Below, piece after piece: positions 40,501 to 49,505 of a DNA stretch of 64,000 nucleotides. The notes beneath the pieces are model-generated. The model ran no database searches and had not been told where the DNA came from. It saw nothing but the letters and a program-made list of their open reading frames with translations. Position 1 is the stretch's first letter, and each line of letters begins with the position of its first letter. Source of the stretch: a virus (lineage: Duplodnaviria; Caudoviricetes); the IMG/VR virus record IMGVR_UViG_2871105481_000001, positions 1 through 64,000 of that record; one strand, written 5' to 3'. Both the position numbers and the translations under genes were made by a program.

Positions 40501-41076
40501 AACATCACTTACAGTATTACTATTTTTACTCTTATTTTTTATTATAGGAGCATCATATGGAGGTTTCTTGATTAAGGTAATATCATCAATTGTAAAACCA
40601 TTATAATAATCTTCTAATCGGCTTAAATTAATTACTCTTGGGTATTCCCAAACTTCATTACTAAAAATAAGTAAGTCGCCAATTTGATTAATACTTAATA
40701 AAAATTTTAAAGGGAAAATTTCAGCTCCTTCTTTCCAACGAATTAGATCAAATCTTAGAACTTGAGTATCTTCAATAATTAATCTACTGTTACCTGAAAT
40801 AATATCATATTCAATAATCTTACTCAATCCGGTTTTAGCTGCTAAGAAATAAAATAATTTATCATTAAAGCCTTTATAAGATCCAATCAAAACCATTTCT
40901 TCATTAGAAAAATCACTAATTTTTAATGATGATTTTATTGACTTAAAAGCTCCGTTATCTCCTTCGCCTGATAAACGCAAATTCTCCGCTCTTACATAGC
41001 CTTTATTATCAGTAAAAGTAGGATGAACATCACTATCCATCCTACCTTGTGTAAAAATATTTTGTATTGTTGGCAT
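37522..41076 (-). CDS. tail stabilization / nozzle protein (P22 gp10-like, crAss muzzle)
   Basis: 1184 aa, beta-rich; N-terminal 'FTQGRMDSDV...AENLR' and C-terminal 'GSPMRGKWLEVEL'. Confidence 0.75.
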   Translation of the reverse strand: MPTIQNIFTQGRMDSDVHPTFTDNKGYVRAENLRLSGEGDNGAFKSIKSSLKISDFSNEEMVLIGSYKGFNDKLFYFLAAKTGLSKIIEYDIISGNSRLIIEDTQVLRFDLIRWKEGAEIFPLKFLLSINQIGDLLIFSNEVWEYPRVINLSRLEDYYNGFTIDDITLIKKPPYDAPIIKNKSKNSNTVSDVDKDRFVAFAYRYKYKDGDYTPLSFYSDCSFETDGTFEVDEDRLNKAMVNKFNKLQLSINSGGHNVTDVEVYAREQLSNTAYRIYNVNKKKASINDDSEILVDYSYSSNYEVLTDDETKYIYSNMPRFPKSQELVGNRLVYYNYKEDRDLKDINGDDIDVYYYVGVKNTPYSSSIKNNTAVSLFKYKIGVIFYNDYNERTSILLPQNENVSEATIGFEDKNTINSLFVKMVSNAPSWATKAKFAVLSQKLNYENIYITYARKVGNKIFLSITGDNINRIRKDDVIIRSDSSVYKEYKVSEVQQYGIKDGVVRDGVYAVIEVDDSFILTANGVDIPSKVNESGWRTIDAVQQSTNPKRYDATSFYSGQIGSIIYNSTNNRADFLKSDYGVIKEGDLFSFSVDFHYGRTGDEYGSINISEQIFATKEYPSIYELLKDNLKTPFLNVVGNNTLNEVSLFTNSNFPDYVKEQIPRMYNWAVNSTAVPPEYAEVKVRSEVKLQRGIIPISFRTKNKEELNNIYYPTYKTYKVENGNIIPDRIEAGMPTFDIEFYNGYCWGNGIESYKIKDQFNGKKLENSFHPNSVLLRGYKEVHRKNDISYGGIFNYELGINNLPVFNSTLANWKTLPIKYGEGQRIISTDSDLVVFNPNKIFRVLFGKSVILDLRGNESLATTNDVLGDIIELDYDYGISYNPESIAVNSNILYFTDKNKTRILALSGNQIVEVNGQNCGVFKETIDLLKSNSTFIGTYDEAHDEYVLGFNNKLTYSFNQNYKGFSHIMTYNFDYLHGTNGKLFQSYKGVLYEAEKGNDYSLFANQGTKTGKLKYYVNVEMNTDIIYQAHSLQSNVSWNTSFKTNLTESNIPESNYKYKESFYYTEIYRDTIGINNAQGVGEISHVNGNEVTFNYMPDGINVGDDLNIEGNISSAITNINGNTITVSNNTGFIIGQFAFTTPQRTLEYNPNGSPMRGKWLEVELSKTSNEYVYIASTTTEVKKSYL

Positions 41077-41867
41077 TATCGTGATTTCATTAGAAGTATA
41101 GAATCAATATCTGCCATAGAAAGTCCATTTTGACTTTTGCTTAAAACATTCCTAGCACTTTTGAATTCTTTCTTAAATGCTTGAGAAATACTTAATGTAT
41201 CCTGTCCTCCTTCTAATAATTTATATTTTGTGTAATAAACCAATGCATCTTCATATTCATCCGGAATATTGATTGCACATTCATCAATATCATTAATTTT
41301 ATTGCTTACATATTCTATGATCACATTTTGCTCTTCAAGATCAGCACTAAATTCAAAGTATTCATCTCTAACTGAAATCGTACTATTAGAATATTTAACT
41401 AAATCATCTAATAAAGATCTTAATGGTTCTGGTACATATTTACCTTTACCACAGCATACTTCACATGATATATCTTTAATTTTATTATCAACAGAATTAC
41501 AACTAATACATTCCTGGTATAAGTCTGTTCCATCGCAATCTGTTAAAATTGATCCGTCACAGTCAATTAGGAAATTGAAAATGGTTTCTGGTAATGTTAA
41601 ATCTTTAGCTAATTCAATAGTTTTACCATCACAATTAATGATATAAGCACGAATAAATCTAAGATAATCTTGTGGTTTATATAATTTACAAGAAGATGGT
41701 ACTGTACCATTCATCCCTACTATACTCCTACCAAATGTCAGATTTAATTTCTTAAGTGCTTCTTTAAAGTACTTTGTCATCATGAATCTAGTCTTAACTC
41801 TAAATAAGCTATCTGGAGTTTGGGATTCTAATTCAAGTTCATCAATTAAATCTTTCAGTGTAGGCAT
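41076..41867 (-). CDS. tail ring / tubular adaptor protein
   Basis: Position; C-terminal 'IPDEYEDALVYY' typical of P22 gp4-like adaptors. Confidence 0.6.
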   Translation of the reverse strand: MPTLKDLIDELELESQTPDSLFRVKTRFMMTKYFKEALKKLNLTFGRSIVGMNGTVPSSCKLYKPQDYLRFIRAYIINCDGKTIELAKDLTLPETIFNFLIDCDGSILTDCDGTDLYQECISCNSVDNKIKDISCEVCCGKGKYVPEPLRSLLDDLVKYSNSTISVRDEYFEFSADLEEQNVIIEYVSNKINDIDECAINIPDEYEDALVYYTKYKLLEGGQDTLSISQAFKKEFKSARNVLSKSQNGLSMADIDSILLMKSR

Positions 41868-41869
41868 AG

Positions 41870-42070
41870 TTATTTTTTCATTTTATCCATCCAGTTACAA
41901 TAATCTGCATGTGTTACTTCACGTTTTCTATCTTCATAACATGGAATGTTTTCATTATCTTTATTAGTTTGTTTTATAGAATTTTCTCTTTCTTCAGAAA
42001 GCAAGTAGTTACCAAATGAAACTAAGTCTTTCTTATTAAAATTAATTACCATTATTCTTGAATTTTTCAA
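41870..42070 (-). CDS. hypothetical protein
   Basis: 66-aa ORF directly after the tRNA. Confidence 0.55.
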   Translation of the reverse strand: MKNSRIMVINFNKKDLVSFGNYLLSEERENSIKQTNKDNENIPCYEDRKREVTHADYCNWMDKMKK

Positions 42071-42115
42071 TGGTTTATTCCTACTCTATAAGCTTTTCGG
42101 ATTCCGCTATATTTG

Positions 42116-42186
42116 CACGCCTGAAAAGATTCGAACTCTTACTAAATGGTTTGGAATCATTTGTGCTACCATTACACTACAGACGC
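42116..42186 (-). tRNA. trnW: tRNA-Trp (CCA)
   Basis: Cloverleaf GCGTCTG-TA-GTGT AATGGT AGCAC-A-AATGA TTCCAAA CCATT-TAGT-AAGAG TTCGAAT CTTTT-CAGGCGT-G; one A-C mismatch in the anticodon stem; CCA not encoded. Confidence 0.85.
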
Positions 42187-42187
42187 A

Positions 42188-42871
42188 TTATTGATTATTA
42201 TACATTTCTTCTTGCTTTAATCCATTAGCATAAGCTTCTACCTCTTGCTCTCTAACATTCAATCCAGCCATTGATAAAACTTCAGTAAGTAACTGTGTAA
42301 ATAATGCTTCTGGAATATCAATATCCTGGAAGTCTGTTGCAGAAGGATTAAACATTTCAATGCCTTGAACAATATGAAATGTGTATTTTGGTGTTTTAGT
42401 TTTTCGAATGTAATCTAACTCTACACTTGTTTTATTAGAAGATATTCTAACTTCATTATTATTGAGTGTGAATACAGGTAAACATTGGCTTGGGCGCATT
42501 CTTTTAGTCCTACTCAAACTATTGAATGTTTTAAGCTCAACCTTTTCATACTCATTATCACTATCGAAAACTGACTCAACATATAAAACATCTGGTGGTA
42601 ATTGCGCCTTACCACCATTAATGTTTATTTCTTTACTGGTTACATAGAACTCTATTAATTGTTTTTGTGTAAACGCATCATTACCATAATTGTTAGCCAA
42701 CTGCATTCTCATTTCTCTGTAACTTGTTTTCTTAAATACAGAGAATAATTCTGAAACAACTTTTAACTGAGCATTTCCAACAATGCTGTTAAACTCCATT
42801 ACAGTTATTTTACCACGCTGGTCTTTGTTTAACAAAACATTTATTAGAGTATATAACCGATCTATGTACAT
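42188..42871 (-). CDS. tail ring protein (crAss-like)
   Basis: 'LINVLLNKDQRGKIT..EFN....AQ' and 'VELDYIRK...PKY' patterns of crAss-like ring proteins. Confidence 0.7.
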   Translation of the reverse strand: MYIDRLYTLINVLLNKDQRGKITVMEFNSIVGNAQLKVVSELFSVFKKTSYREMRMQLANNYGNDAFTQKQLIEFYVTSKEININGGKAQLPPDVLYVESVFDSDNEYEKVELKTFNSLSRTKRMRPSQCLPVFTLNNNEVRISSNKTSVELDYIRKTKTPKYTFHIVQGIEMFNPSATDFQDIDIPEALFTQLLTEVLSMAGLNVREQEVEAYANGLKQEEMYNNQ

Positions 42872-43611
42872 TACTTATCAGCCTTGTCTGTAGCTGTTGT
42901 TTTTTTAGTAGTTACTTTTTCAATAGTATCTTCGCGCATCTGTTCAGCTAGAACTGTAGCTACTTTTTTACCTTCAGTCGTTTTTAAGAAATCTACCATT
43001 TCTTCAACAGGAGTTTTACCTCTTGGAATTGTAGTTATTAACTCATTATTAGATTTCCATCTAACTTCAGATCCGGCAACATCTTGAATAATGATTTCTT
43101 TTGCAAACGCAACTGTTACAAAAAGTTTTTCCTTATTTTCAGATTCATCTAACATCTTGTTGATTTTATCTGGATCTTCTTGTACTTCATTTACAATATT
43201 CAATCTTAATACAGGAATACCTTGTTGCAGAGCTGAGAAGCCAAATAACTCAATACCTAAAGCTCTAAGATTTACTTCATCAAGCTTAAACACTTTATCA
43301 AGTACTTGGCTTGCATTTTCAACTGCTTCAAGATGTGCAACTGCATTAGCTTCTGGATCATAAACTTTAATTAAATCACCAAATCTAGGGTGACCTTCAA
43401 GCCATTTTTGTTCAACAGGATTACTGAATGACATGATTTGAGAATTCACATAGATTCTTTGTCCTTTTGCTTCCTTTTCCTGTTTTTTATATTCGAGTTC
43501 TGAATCATCTTCAACAAGCCTGATCTTCACTCTCTCTTTATTTACATAAACTGGATTTAAATGAGCTTTCCAATATTCACTATCGAAAATGTATGTTTTA
43601 GTTTCTGACAT
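42871..43611 (-). CDS. conserved capsid-operon protein
   Basis: 246 aa, directly downstream of the capsid gene; 'WLEGHP' motif. Confidence 0.6.
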   Translation of the reverse strand: MSETKTYIFDSEYWKAHLNPVYVNKERVKIRLVEDDSELEYKKQEKEAKGQRIYVNSQIMSFSNPVEQKWLEGHPRFGDLIKVYDPEANAVAHLEAVENASQVLDKVFKLDEVNLRALGIELFGFSALQQGIPVLRLNIVNEVQEDPDKINKMLDESENKEKLFVTVAFAKEIIIQDVAGSEVRWKSNNELITTIPRGKTPVEEMVDFLKTTEGKKVATVLAEQMREDTIEKVTTKKTTATDKADK

Positions 43612-43632
43612 ATTTAGGTTATGTGTTTAAAA

Positions 43633-43658
43633 TCAAGCAGGGATTTCTCCCTACTTGA
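43633..43658 (-). terminator. intrinsic terminator after the capsid gene
   Basis: On - strand TCAAGTAGGGA-GAAA-TCCCTGCTTGA-TTTT. Confidence 0.75.
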
Positions 43659-43676
43659 CTGTATTTAAAATGATTA

Positions 43677-45047
43677 TTAGTTAATACCTACGATGAATTT
43701 CTCAGGGAAGAAGATAACTGGTGCAAACTTGTTCACATATTCAATTTTGAACTTGTCACAATTTGCAATTCCATTATCAACTCTTAGGTTTTTATAAACC
43801 TTTCTTTCGTTTCCGAACCATGCAATGTTAGCATAACCAACTTCAAATGATTGACCTCCTACTGTTCTTTTTAATTTACCCATTGGAGTAATTAAGAAGT
43901 TGTATTTTTTAGCAAGATTTTGTGATGCATGTTTACCTGTAAATGCATTCCATTTAGTGAAAATCAACTTAACTCCATTAACATCAATTCCTTTGTATCC
44001 TAGATACATAAGATCATTTTGATGATTTACAAATGGATCCCACTGATAATTAGTTCTTGGAAGCAAATCCATTAATGCCGTATACTGTTCCGGAGTACAG
44101 TGAAGTGCTGCTTCATATACACCTTCTTTTTCAAGCAATGCTGCGATATCAGATAGATCAGAAATTGCAGTAATTTTACCCTGGAATTTAGTTGCTCTGT
44201 TATCTAAGATTTGGAAGATACCCATTGTTCCTCTTGGTGAACCTTTTGCAGTAGCCTGAGCTGCTGTAAGTCTTCTTGCAAAGGCAAGTGCATTATCAGT
44301 CATATCAGATAGTTCAGTCATTTTTCTATCAAGATTTGTATCTAACCAATATTCACCATCTTTGGTTTTATATGGCTCATAAGATCCACCTCCTGTTGCA
44401 ATAACTTCTTCATCACACCATTCAAGACAAACTCCTGTTTTGAAGAAAGATTGTTCTCTTGCAGGAGAATAATCTTTATATCCAATACATGGAGGACATT
44501 CACAATGATCTAAGTTGTAACCTGTAAAGATGATTTCAAGATCAACTAAAGCAATGTCCCAATCTGTATCTGTATCAACTCTATCGGCTGTAATTACAGT
44601 ACTGTCAGCATTAATTGCAGTAATTTTTCCATAGTTCATTTTTCCAGTGGCATCGATTGCCATAAACTCCATTCCTACTTCTACAATAAATTGAAGTTTT
44701 GTAGGTCTACTGGAATCAAAATCATATGGATCAGTAGGAATTTTAGTAGCATCGATTGAAAAATCTTTTGCTGTTCTTTTTACTACCTTTCCTGTGATTG
44801 ATAAAGGAATATTAGTTCCTTCAGATTCGTTATATCTGAACTGATCAATTGCTACAGTGATTTCATTTCCTTGTGCTAATAAGAAACCTAAATAGGTGTT
44901 CTTAGCTATTTCTGGCAACACTACTTCACCAATAAATTCTGGTGCGGTAGCTGCTGCAATTTCCATAGAAGATACTAGAGGTTTTCTTCCTCCTGTACTC
45001 TTCTGTAAAAGATATTGTTTATCTACTGTTGGATTTACGATTGGCAT
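43677..45047 (-). CDS. major capsid protein (HK97 fold, crAss-like)
   Basis: 456 aa, follows the scaffold gene and precedes a terminator; 'GTMGIFQIL', 'GYKGIDVNGVKLIF' patterns. Confidence 0.75.
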   Translation of the reverse strand: MPIVNPTVDKQYLLQKSTGGRKPLVSSMEIAAATAPEFIGEVVLPEIAKNTYLGFLLAQGNEITVAIDQFRYNESEGTNIPLSITGKVVKRTAKDFSIDATKIPTDPYDFDSSRPTKLQFIVEVGMEFMAIDATGKMNYGKITAINADSTVITADRVDTDTDWDIALVDLEIIFTGYNLDHCECPPCIGYKDYSPAREQSFFKTGVCLEWCDEEVIATGGGSYEPYKTKDGEYWLDTNLDRKMTELSDMTDNALAFARRLTAAQATAKGSPRGTMGIFQILDNRATKFQGKITAISDLSDIAALLEKEGVYEAALHCTPEQYTALMDLLPRTNYQWDPFVNHQNDLMYLGYKGIDVNGVKLIFTKWNAFTGKHASQNLAKKYNFLITPMGKLKRTVGGQSFEVGYANIAWFGNERKVYKNLRVDNGIANCDKFKIEYVNKFAPVIFFPEKFIVGIN

Positions 45048-45077
45048 TTTTAATTTGTGTTTTTGGTTTTTAGTTTT

Positions 45078-46166
45078 CTATTTTAGAATCGACTTATGAG
45101 CGCCATGTCGTAGACCTTCAAGTTCTTCTCTTGGATTTGAATTTTGAGTAGTAACCTCACGATTATTGAATGAAATATTTCTTTGTGCTTTATCACGTTG
45201 TTCCATTCCAGCAGCAACTCCTTGTTCATAAATGAAATCAAATACTTGTTGCTTAAACTGTGGACTTCTCCATGCTGCAAAGTCTTCGTATAACGATTTT
45301 GCATTTGTTACTTGAGTATAGTCAGCATTGAAATAGTCCTTAACTGTTTCGCTGATATTCTCAACAAATGGTCTTATACTTGATTTAACTTCATCTTCCA
45401 TCGTGAAAAAAACTGTCTTACCTCCAATATTCAATGGAATATCAGACACTTCTTTTTCTACTTTATAAATTTCATTGAGATAGTTTGCACGAACTTCTTG
45501 TGCATATACTTGTTGTTGTTTAATCAAATCATCATTTGATAAATTATTATCTGATTGTGAATTTGATTCAAACGATAATTCTGAATTAACTTTTTCAGTA
45601 TGAAAAGCTTTTGCTTTGGCTAATAGTTCCTCACGTTTAGCCTGCTTCTCTAAGTTTCGTTCATTAATCTGATCGATGTCTTTCTGCGAAACTTCTCCAA
45701 AGTCATCATCAAAATCTTCATCAGACATTTCAGGGACTTGTTCTAAAGTCATCCTCTTCATTTCCAATTCGATCCCAGCCTTTTGTTTTCCTTCTTTTTC
45801 AGAAAGATATTGGCGAATTAAATCGTCTTCAGGAATTGAATTAATGTCTTTTGTAAGTTCGTAAAAGTCGTTAACGTTTTTAGACGGGTTTTTTTTAAGA
45901 AAATTATTAATCTTTGCAACTTCTTCAGAAGCAAATACATCTTCGTTTTTTGACCCGTTTCTGTTATCGACAGGAGCAATATTAACTTGAGAGTCTACTT
46001 CTTGTGTAGAATTAATTTGAGGAGCTACCTCATTGTCTACATTTGAAGGCTCAATATTTTGTTCAACTGTTTGTTCTGTTTGATTATCAACTGAAGTAAC
46101 TTGCGAATCAACCTCTGAATGCTGACTTGCTTGTTCTTGCAATAATGTTTTTAATCGTTCACTCAT
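45078..46166 (-). CDS. putative scaffolding protein
   Basis: Acidic low-complexity N-terminus, helical body, upstream of the capsid gene. Confidence 0.6.
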   Translation of the reverse strand: MSERLKTLLQEQASQHSEVDSQVTSVDNQTEQTVEQNIEPSNVDNEVAPQINSTQEVDSQVNIAPVDNRNGSKNEDVFASEEVAKINNFLKKNPSKNVNDFYELTKDINSIPEDDLIRQYLSEKEGKQKAGIELEMKRMTLEQVPEMSDEDFDDDFGEVSQKDIDQINERNLEKQAKREELLAKAKAFHTEKVNSELSFESNSQSDNNLSNDDLIKQQQVYAQEVRANYLNEIYKVEKEVSDIPLNIGGKTVFFTMEDEVKSSIRPFVENISETVKDYFNADYTQVTNAKSLYEDFAAWRSPQFKQQVFDFIYEQGVAAGMEQRDKAQRNISFNNREVTTQNSNPREELEGLRHGAHKSILK

Positions 46167-46697
46167 AATTTAGGTTTATGGATTTACCCCAAAATACAAG
46201 CACACATTCCCTAAACAGGATTTGCTAAAACGATTTACTTGAGCCTACATGTTTTTACTTTAAATGTTAATATTTACGTTAAATGCAAATTTTTATTTTG
46301 ATATTAATTTTTTTTTATTTATTTTTTCTAATATGAACTATATACTCGTATATCTAAAGATATACTCGTACCTACTGCGTACGTTTCTCTACCGCAATAT
46401 TTCCCCATTTTATTTCGCTCGCTACGCTCACTCATAAAATAGAAAAATATTGCTCGTTCGATCAAAAAATAAAAATCTTATTTAGAATAAGTATTATTGA
46501 TTATCAGCTAGTTATGAAAACTAGTAAATAAATGTTCATTACAGAATTATTTGTGAAAAACGCAAAAACAACATTCTAACTCCCTATCGACCGAATTTAC
46601 CATTAAGTAAAATGCAATCCGCAACTTTATAAAAAACAATGAAGACGAGACTAAATAACGTTTAATGTAATTTAATTTGCTTTTTGAGTATTTTTAA

Positions 46698-46729
46698 TTT
46701 GCTTTTAAAGTAATTTTATCGTAAATTTG
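46698..46729 (+). promoter_or_regulatory. Bacteroidota sigma70-type promoter
   Basis: TTTG (46698-46701), 20-nt spacer, TAAATTTG (46722-46729): consensus match. Confidence 0.75.
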
Positions 46730-46749
46730 TGTATATCAAACGATGAAAA

Positions 46750-47205
46750 TTGGCAACACACGAAGAAATAGAAAAAATACTTTATGAACCTGTAAGAGAA
46801 ATGACTTTTGGTTCTTATTCAGAAATGCGCAAAGCAGGGTGGAATAAAAAAGAATTAGTCTCTTTTATCAAAAATGTAATGTCAGCATTTGAAGAAGCAG
46901 TTTTAGAAGGGCACTCAATTTCTTTTAAAGAATATGCAGTAATTGAAAGGCGACCAAAATATGCAGGTGGATATAGAATTGGAAACTGGTTTAAGAAAGA
47001 TACATACAGACTAGGATTATATGCCACCAAAGTTGCAAAAGTTCGTTCTGAAATGAGAAAGTTGTTTGAACGTGATATGCAAGCCGGAATTCAGCCAGAC
47101 AACATGCCATTATACATTGCTAAATGGAAAGAAAGAGAAGCTCTTAGAAAACTAGAAAAAGAAAAATTGGAAAGTGATGATTCCAAGAAAGAAGAAGATC
47201 TGTAA
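46750..47205 (+). CDS. HU/IHF-like DNA-binding protein
   Basis: 'KKELVSFIKNVMSAFEEAVLEGHSISFKEYAVIERR' matches the HU/IHF core. TTG start; ATG 46743 is one base out of frame. Confidence 0.55.
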   Translation: MATHEEIEKILYEPVREMTFGSYSEMRKAGWNKKELVSFIKNVMSAFEEAVLEGHSISFKEYAVIERRPKYAGGYRIGNWFKKDTYRLGLYATKVAKVRSEMRKLFERDMQAGIQPDNMPLYIAKWKEREALRKLEKEKLESDDSKKEEDL

Positions 47206-47560
47206 AAGTTGTGAAACTGAAAAATATCTTTTTGGAAAAGGATTATGTAAACCGTGTTACTTACGTATAAATAACAAGCCGATAAATAAAATATCCCAAA
47301 AACACAAAGAACTATTAAGTGAGTACACGGTTATACGTAAAGAGTTTTTAGAAAGCTGTAATTATATATGTAAACCTAATCTAGAAAACTGCACAAGAAA
47401 AGCAACCGAAGTACATCACATGAAAGGAAAAGTATCTAAAGAACTTTATTTAAATCCAAAATACTTTCTTCCAACTTGTTCATCATGTCATAAATATATA
47501 GAGGAACATCCAGAATTTGCTTATGAAAATGGATTCTCAATTAAAAGAAACATAAAATAA
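47174..47560 (+). CDS. Zn-finger HNH endonuclease-like protein
   Basis: CxxC pairs, 'ATEVHHMKG', 'PTCSSCHKYIEEHP'. Confidence 0.75.
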   Translation: MMIPRKKKICKSCETEKYLFGKGLCKPCYLRINNKPINKISQKHKELLSEYTVIRKEFLESCNYICKPNLENCTRKATEVHHMKGKVSKELYLNPKYFLPTCSSCHKYIEEHPEFAYENGFSIKRNIK

Positions 47561-47561
47561 A

Positions 47562-47635
47562 GGCTATTTAACTCAGTTGGTAAGAGTGCTGTTCTCATAA
47601 AACAGAGGTCATAGGTTCGAATCCTATAATAGCCA
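47562..47635 (+). tRNA. trnM: tRNA-Met (CAT), elongator-like
   Basis: GGCTATT-TA-ACTC AGTTGGTAA GAGT-G-CTGTT CTCATAA AACAG-AGGTC-ATAGG TTCGAAT CCTAT-AATAGCC-A; perfect stems. Ile2 (lysidine) identity not formally excluded. Confidence 0.9.
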
Positions 47636-47898
47636 CATAAATTAACCACCACACGTATAGTTGTTTAGTTATAAGCCAGTCTTACAAAGTTGTTTTCATA
47701 GTTTTTTCATATTTATTATTTGGTTTTTAAAGTGTGGTGGTATTTTTTTTTAATCAATTATCCATTATTATTCTCTTCGTGCAAGAGTGAGTTAATTTAA
47801 AAACAATATAGGGTGCTAAATGCTGCACAAGGGTGAACTTACCATATGTCACATCCTATTTACCAAGCTGATAATAATGGATTTTAAAATAACACCTT

Positions 47899-48192
47899 AT
47901 GAAAAAAGTAGTAGAAATTATTACAGCATATTATCGCCTACTTATATTAAAACTGTTTGGTGGAATAACTGTAGAAGAAAAATTAGAACAACAAAGAAGA
48001 CTTGAAATTTGTGAAACATGCCTTTTAAGAAGTAAAAATTGGTGTGACAGCAAAAAGACAATTGTCATGATTGATGAAGAAAAGTCAAAGAATAATATTA
48101 GACATCTGAAAAATGTAACTGGATGTGGATGTTACTTACCTGCAAAAGCTTTAGTAGAATCAAAAGAAGAATGTCCGTTAAATAAATGGTAA
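47899..48192 (+). CDS. Cys-rich zinc-binding protein
   Basis: 'RRLEICETC', 'GCGCYL.AK', 'CPLNKW'. Confidence 0.7.
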   Translation: MKKVVEIITAYYRLLILKLFGGITVEEKLEQQRRLEICETCLLRSKNWCDSKKTIVMIDEEKSKNNIRHLKNVTGCGCYLPAKALVESKEECPLNKW

Positions 48193-48193
48193 T

Positions 48194-48860
48194 ATGAACT
48201 TTGTAGAAAATGTATATCAATATTTATTCTATTCTCCAGAAGAAATAAAATTCAACTGGTATCAAGATGATGTACTTTACTTTAATGGTTTCAAATTCCA
48301 TAGTGATAAAGTTGAATATATGAATATTTACACTTTTGATACTAAGGACTATTACAACCCTGAGTACTTAGATGTAACCTTTGCGTTCACAAAGTATAAG
48401 AAAAAAGTAAACCCATACCACTTAACCCATATAATTAATGATTGCTTGAAAAAGTATCATAGAGAATCTGAATTTACTGAAAACCACACCCCAATCCTGA
48501 ATAACTTCAATGAACAATTCAAACCAAAACGTCATTACCAAATCAATAAACACAGAGGAAGACACCTCAAGTTTATTACAAGCGACAGGGATTTCATTCA
48601 CAGATGGTGGAATAATATACTTTGTAGAGCCATTGAAGAAAGATTGTATTCTTCGCCCTTTGTCGGACATTTTAATGAAAGACCTAATTCTATGTTTTTC
48701 CCATTTTCGTAAAGGCGAAACTCAAATAAAGTTTAAAACTAATGATTTCGCAACAAGAACATACAAAGATCTTATTGATCATGATATAAATAACGAACAG
48801 TTACAAAATAGCATTTATAAACCAGGAGAATTTATAGCAGAAATTTACCATGAATTCTAA
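48194..48860 (+). pseudogene. hypothetical gene split by a +1 frameshift at ~48500
   Basis: Track ORFs 48194..48712 and 48510..48860 overlap by ~200 nt. Removing one A at 48500 joins them (...HTPIL-ITSMNNSNQ...). Confidence 0.55.
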
Positions 48861-49494
48861 CTTCAGTCGTAAAATATGGTGGAAAATACAACGTCATAAT
48901 AACGGCATTGAGAAAAAGAAATTTGAAGTTGTAAATAAAAATGGTGTTAAGAAATATAATTTTCTTATTGGTGAAAGCGAACAAGTTAAAAATATCATTA
49001 ATGAAAGGCTTAATGAACTTGGATGGACGTTTCCTTACTTTCAAAGTCAGATGTACAAAAAATACCGGACACTTAAAAAAGATAGTGAAAGGTACTTAAA
49101 AGGAGAAATGTCAATTCCATTATTTGAATTCTTTAATATGATGGAAGTTTTAAACATTGAAATTTCTTTAAAACCAAAAGATAACTTATTCACTTCATCC
49201 TATGAAAGAGGTATAGTTATTATTAACCGCAATTATTTTCCAAGATTCTACTTATCATTTCCATTAAAAAAAGTAACTGACTTTCATGTACACTTTCAAG
49301 ATAATTTAGAAGAAAACATTAAGAATAAATCTCTTGAATACTATACAGTAATGCATGAAGCTATACGCTGGTATTTCACTGGTAAAAAGAATGTATACAA
49401 GCCTATGGAACTTAAAAGAGAATTTATGAAACAATATTTCAAGAATGATCAAAATATATTATTTGATACAAAAGAAATTGACAGAACAAAATAA
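48850..49494 (+). CDS. protein with central XRE-like HTH
   Basis: 'INERLNELGWTF...SERYLKGEMSIPLFEFFNMMEVLNIEI'. Confidence 0.55.
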   Translation: MNSNFSRKIWWKIQRHNNGIEKKKFEVVNKNGVKKYNFLIGESEQVKNIINERLNELGWTFPYFQSQMYKKYRTLKKDSERYLKGEMSIPLFEFFNMMEVLNIEISLKPKDNLFTSSYERGIVIINRNYFPRFYLSFPLKKVTDFHVHFQDNLEENIKNKSLEYYTVMHEAIRWYFTGKKNVYKPMELKREFMKQYFKNDQNILFDTKEIDRTK

Positions 49495-49505
49495 AATATT
49501 ACAAA

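Noticed and set aside
1179-46166. Numerous 60-170 aa track ORFs overlapping long genes on the opposite strand or in another frame (e.g. 1179..1679, 13172..13513, 41269..41646)
   Set aside because: Fully nested in well-supported genes, with composition typical of shadow frames.
47808-47859. Third tRNA (ATAGG...CCTAT multi-stem)
   Set aside because: No T-loop or 7-nt anticodon loop and too short; at most an incidental fold.
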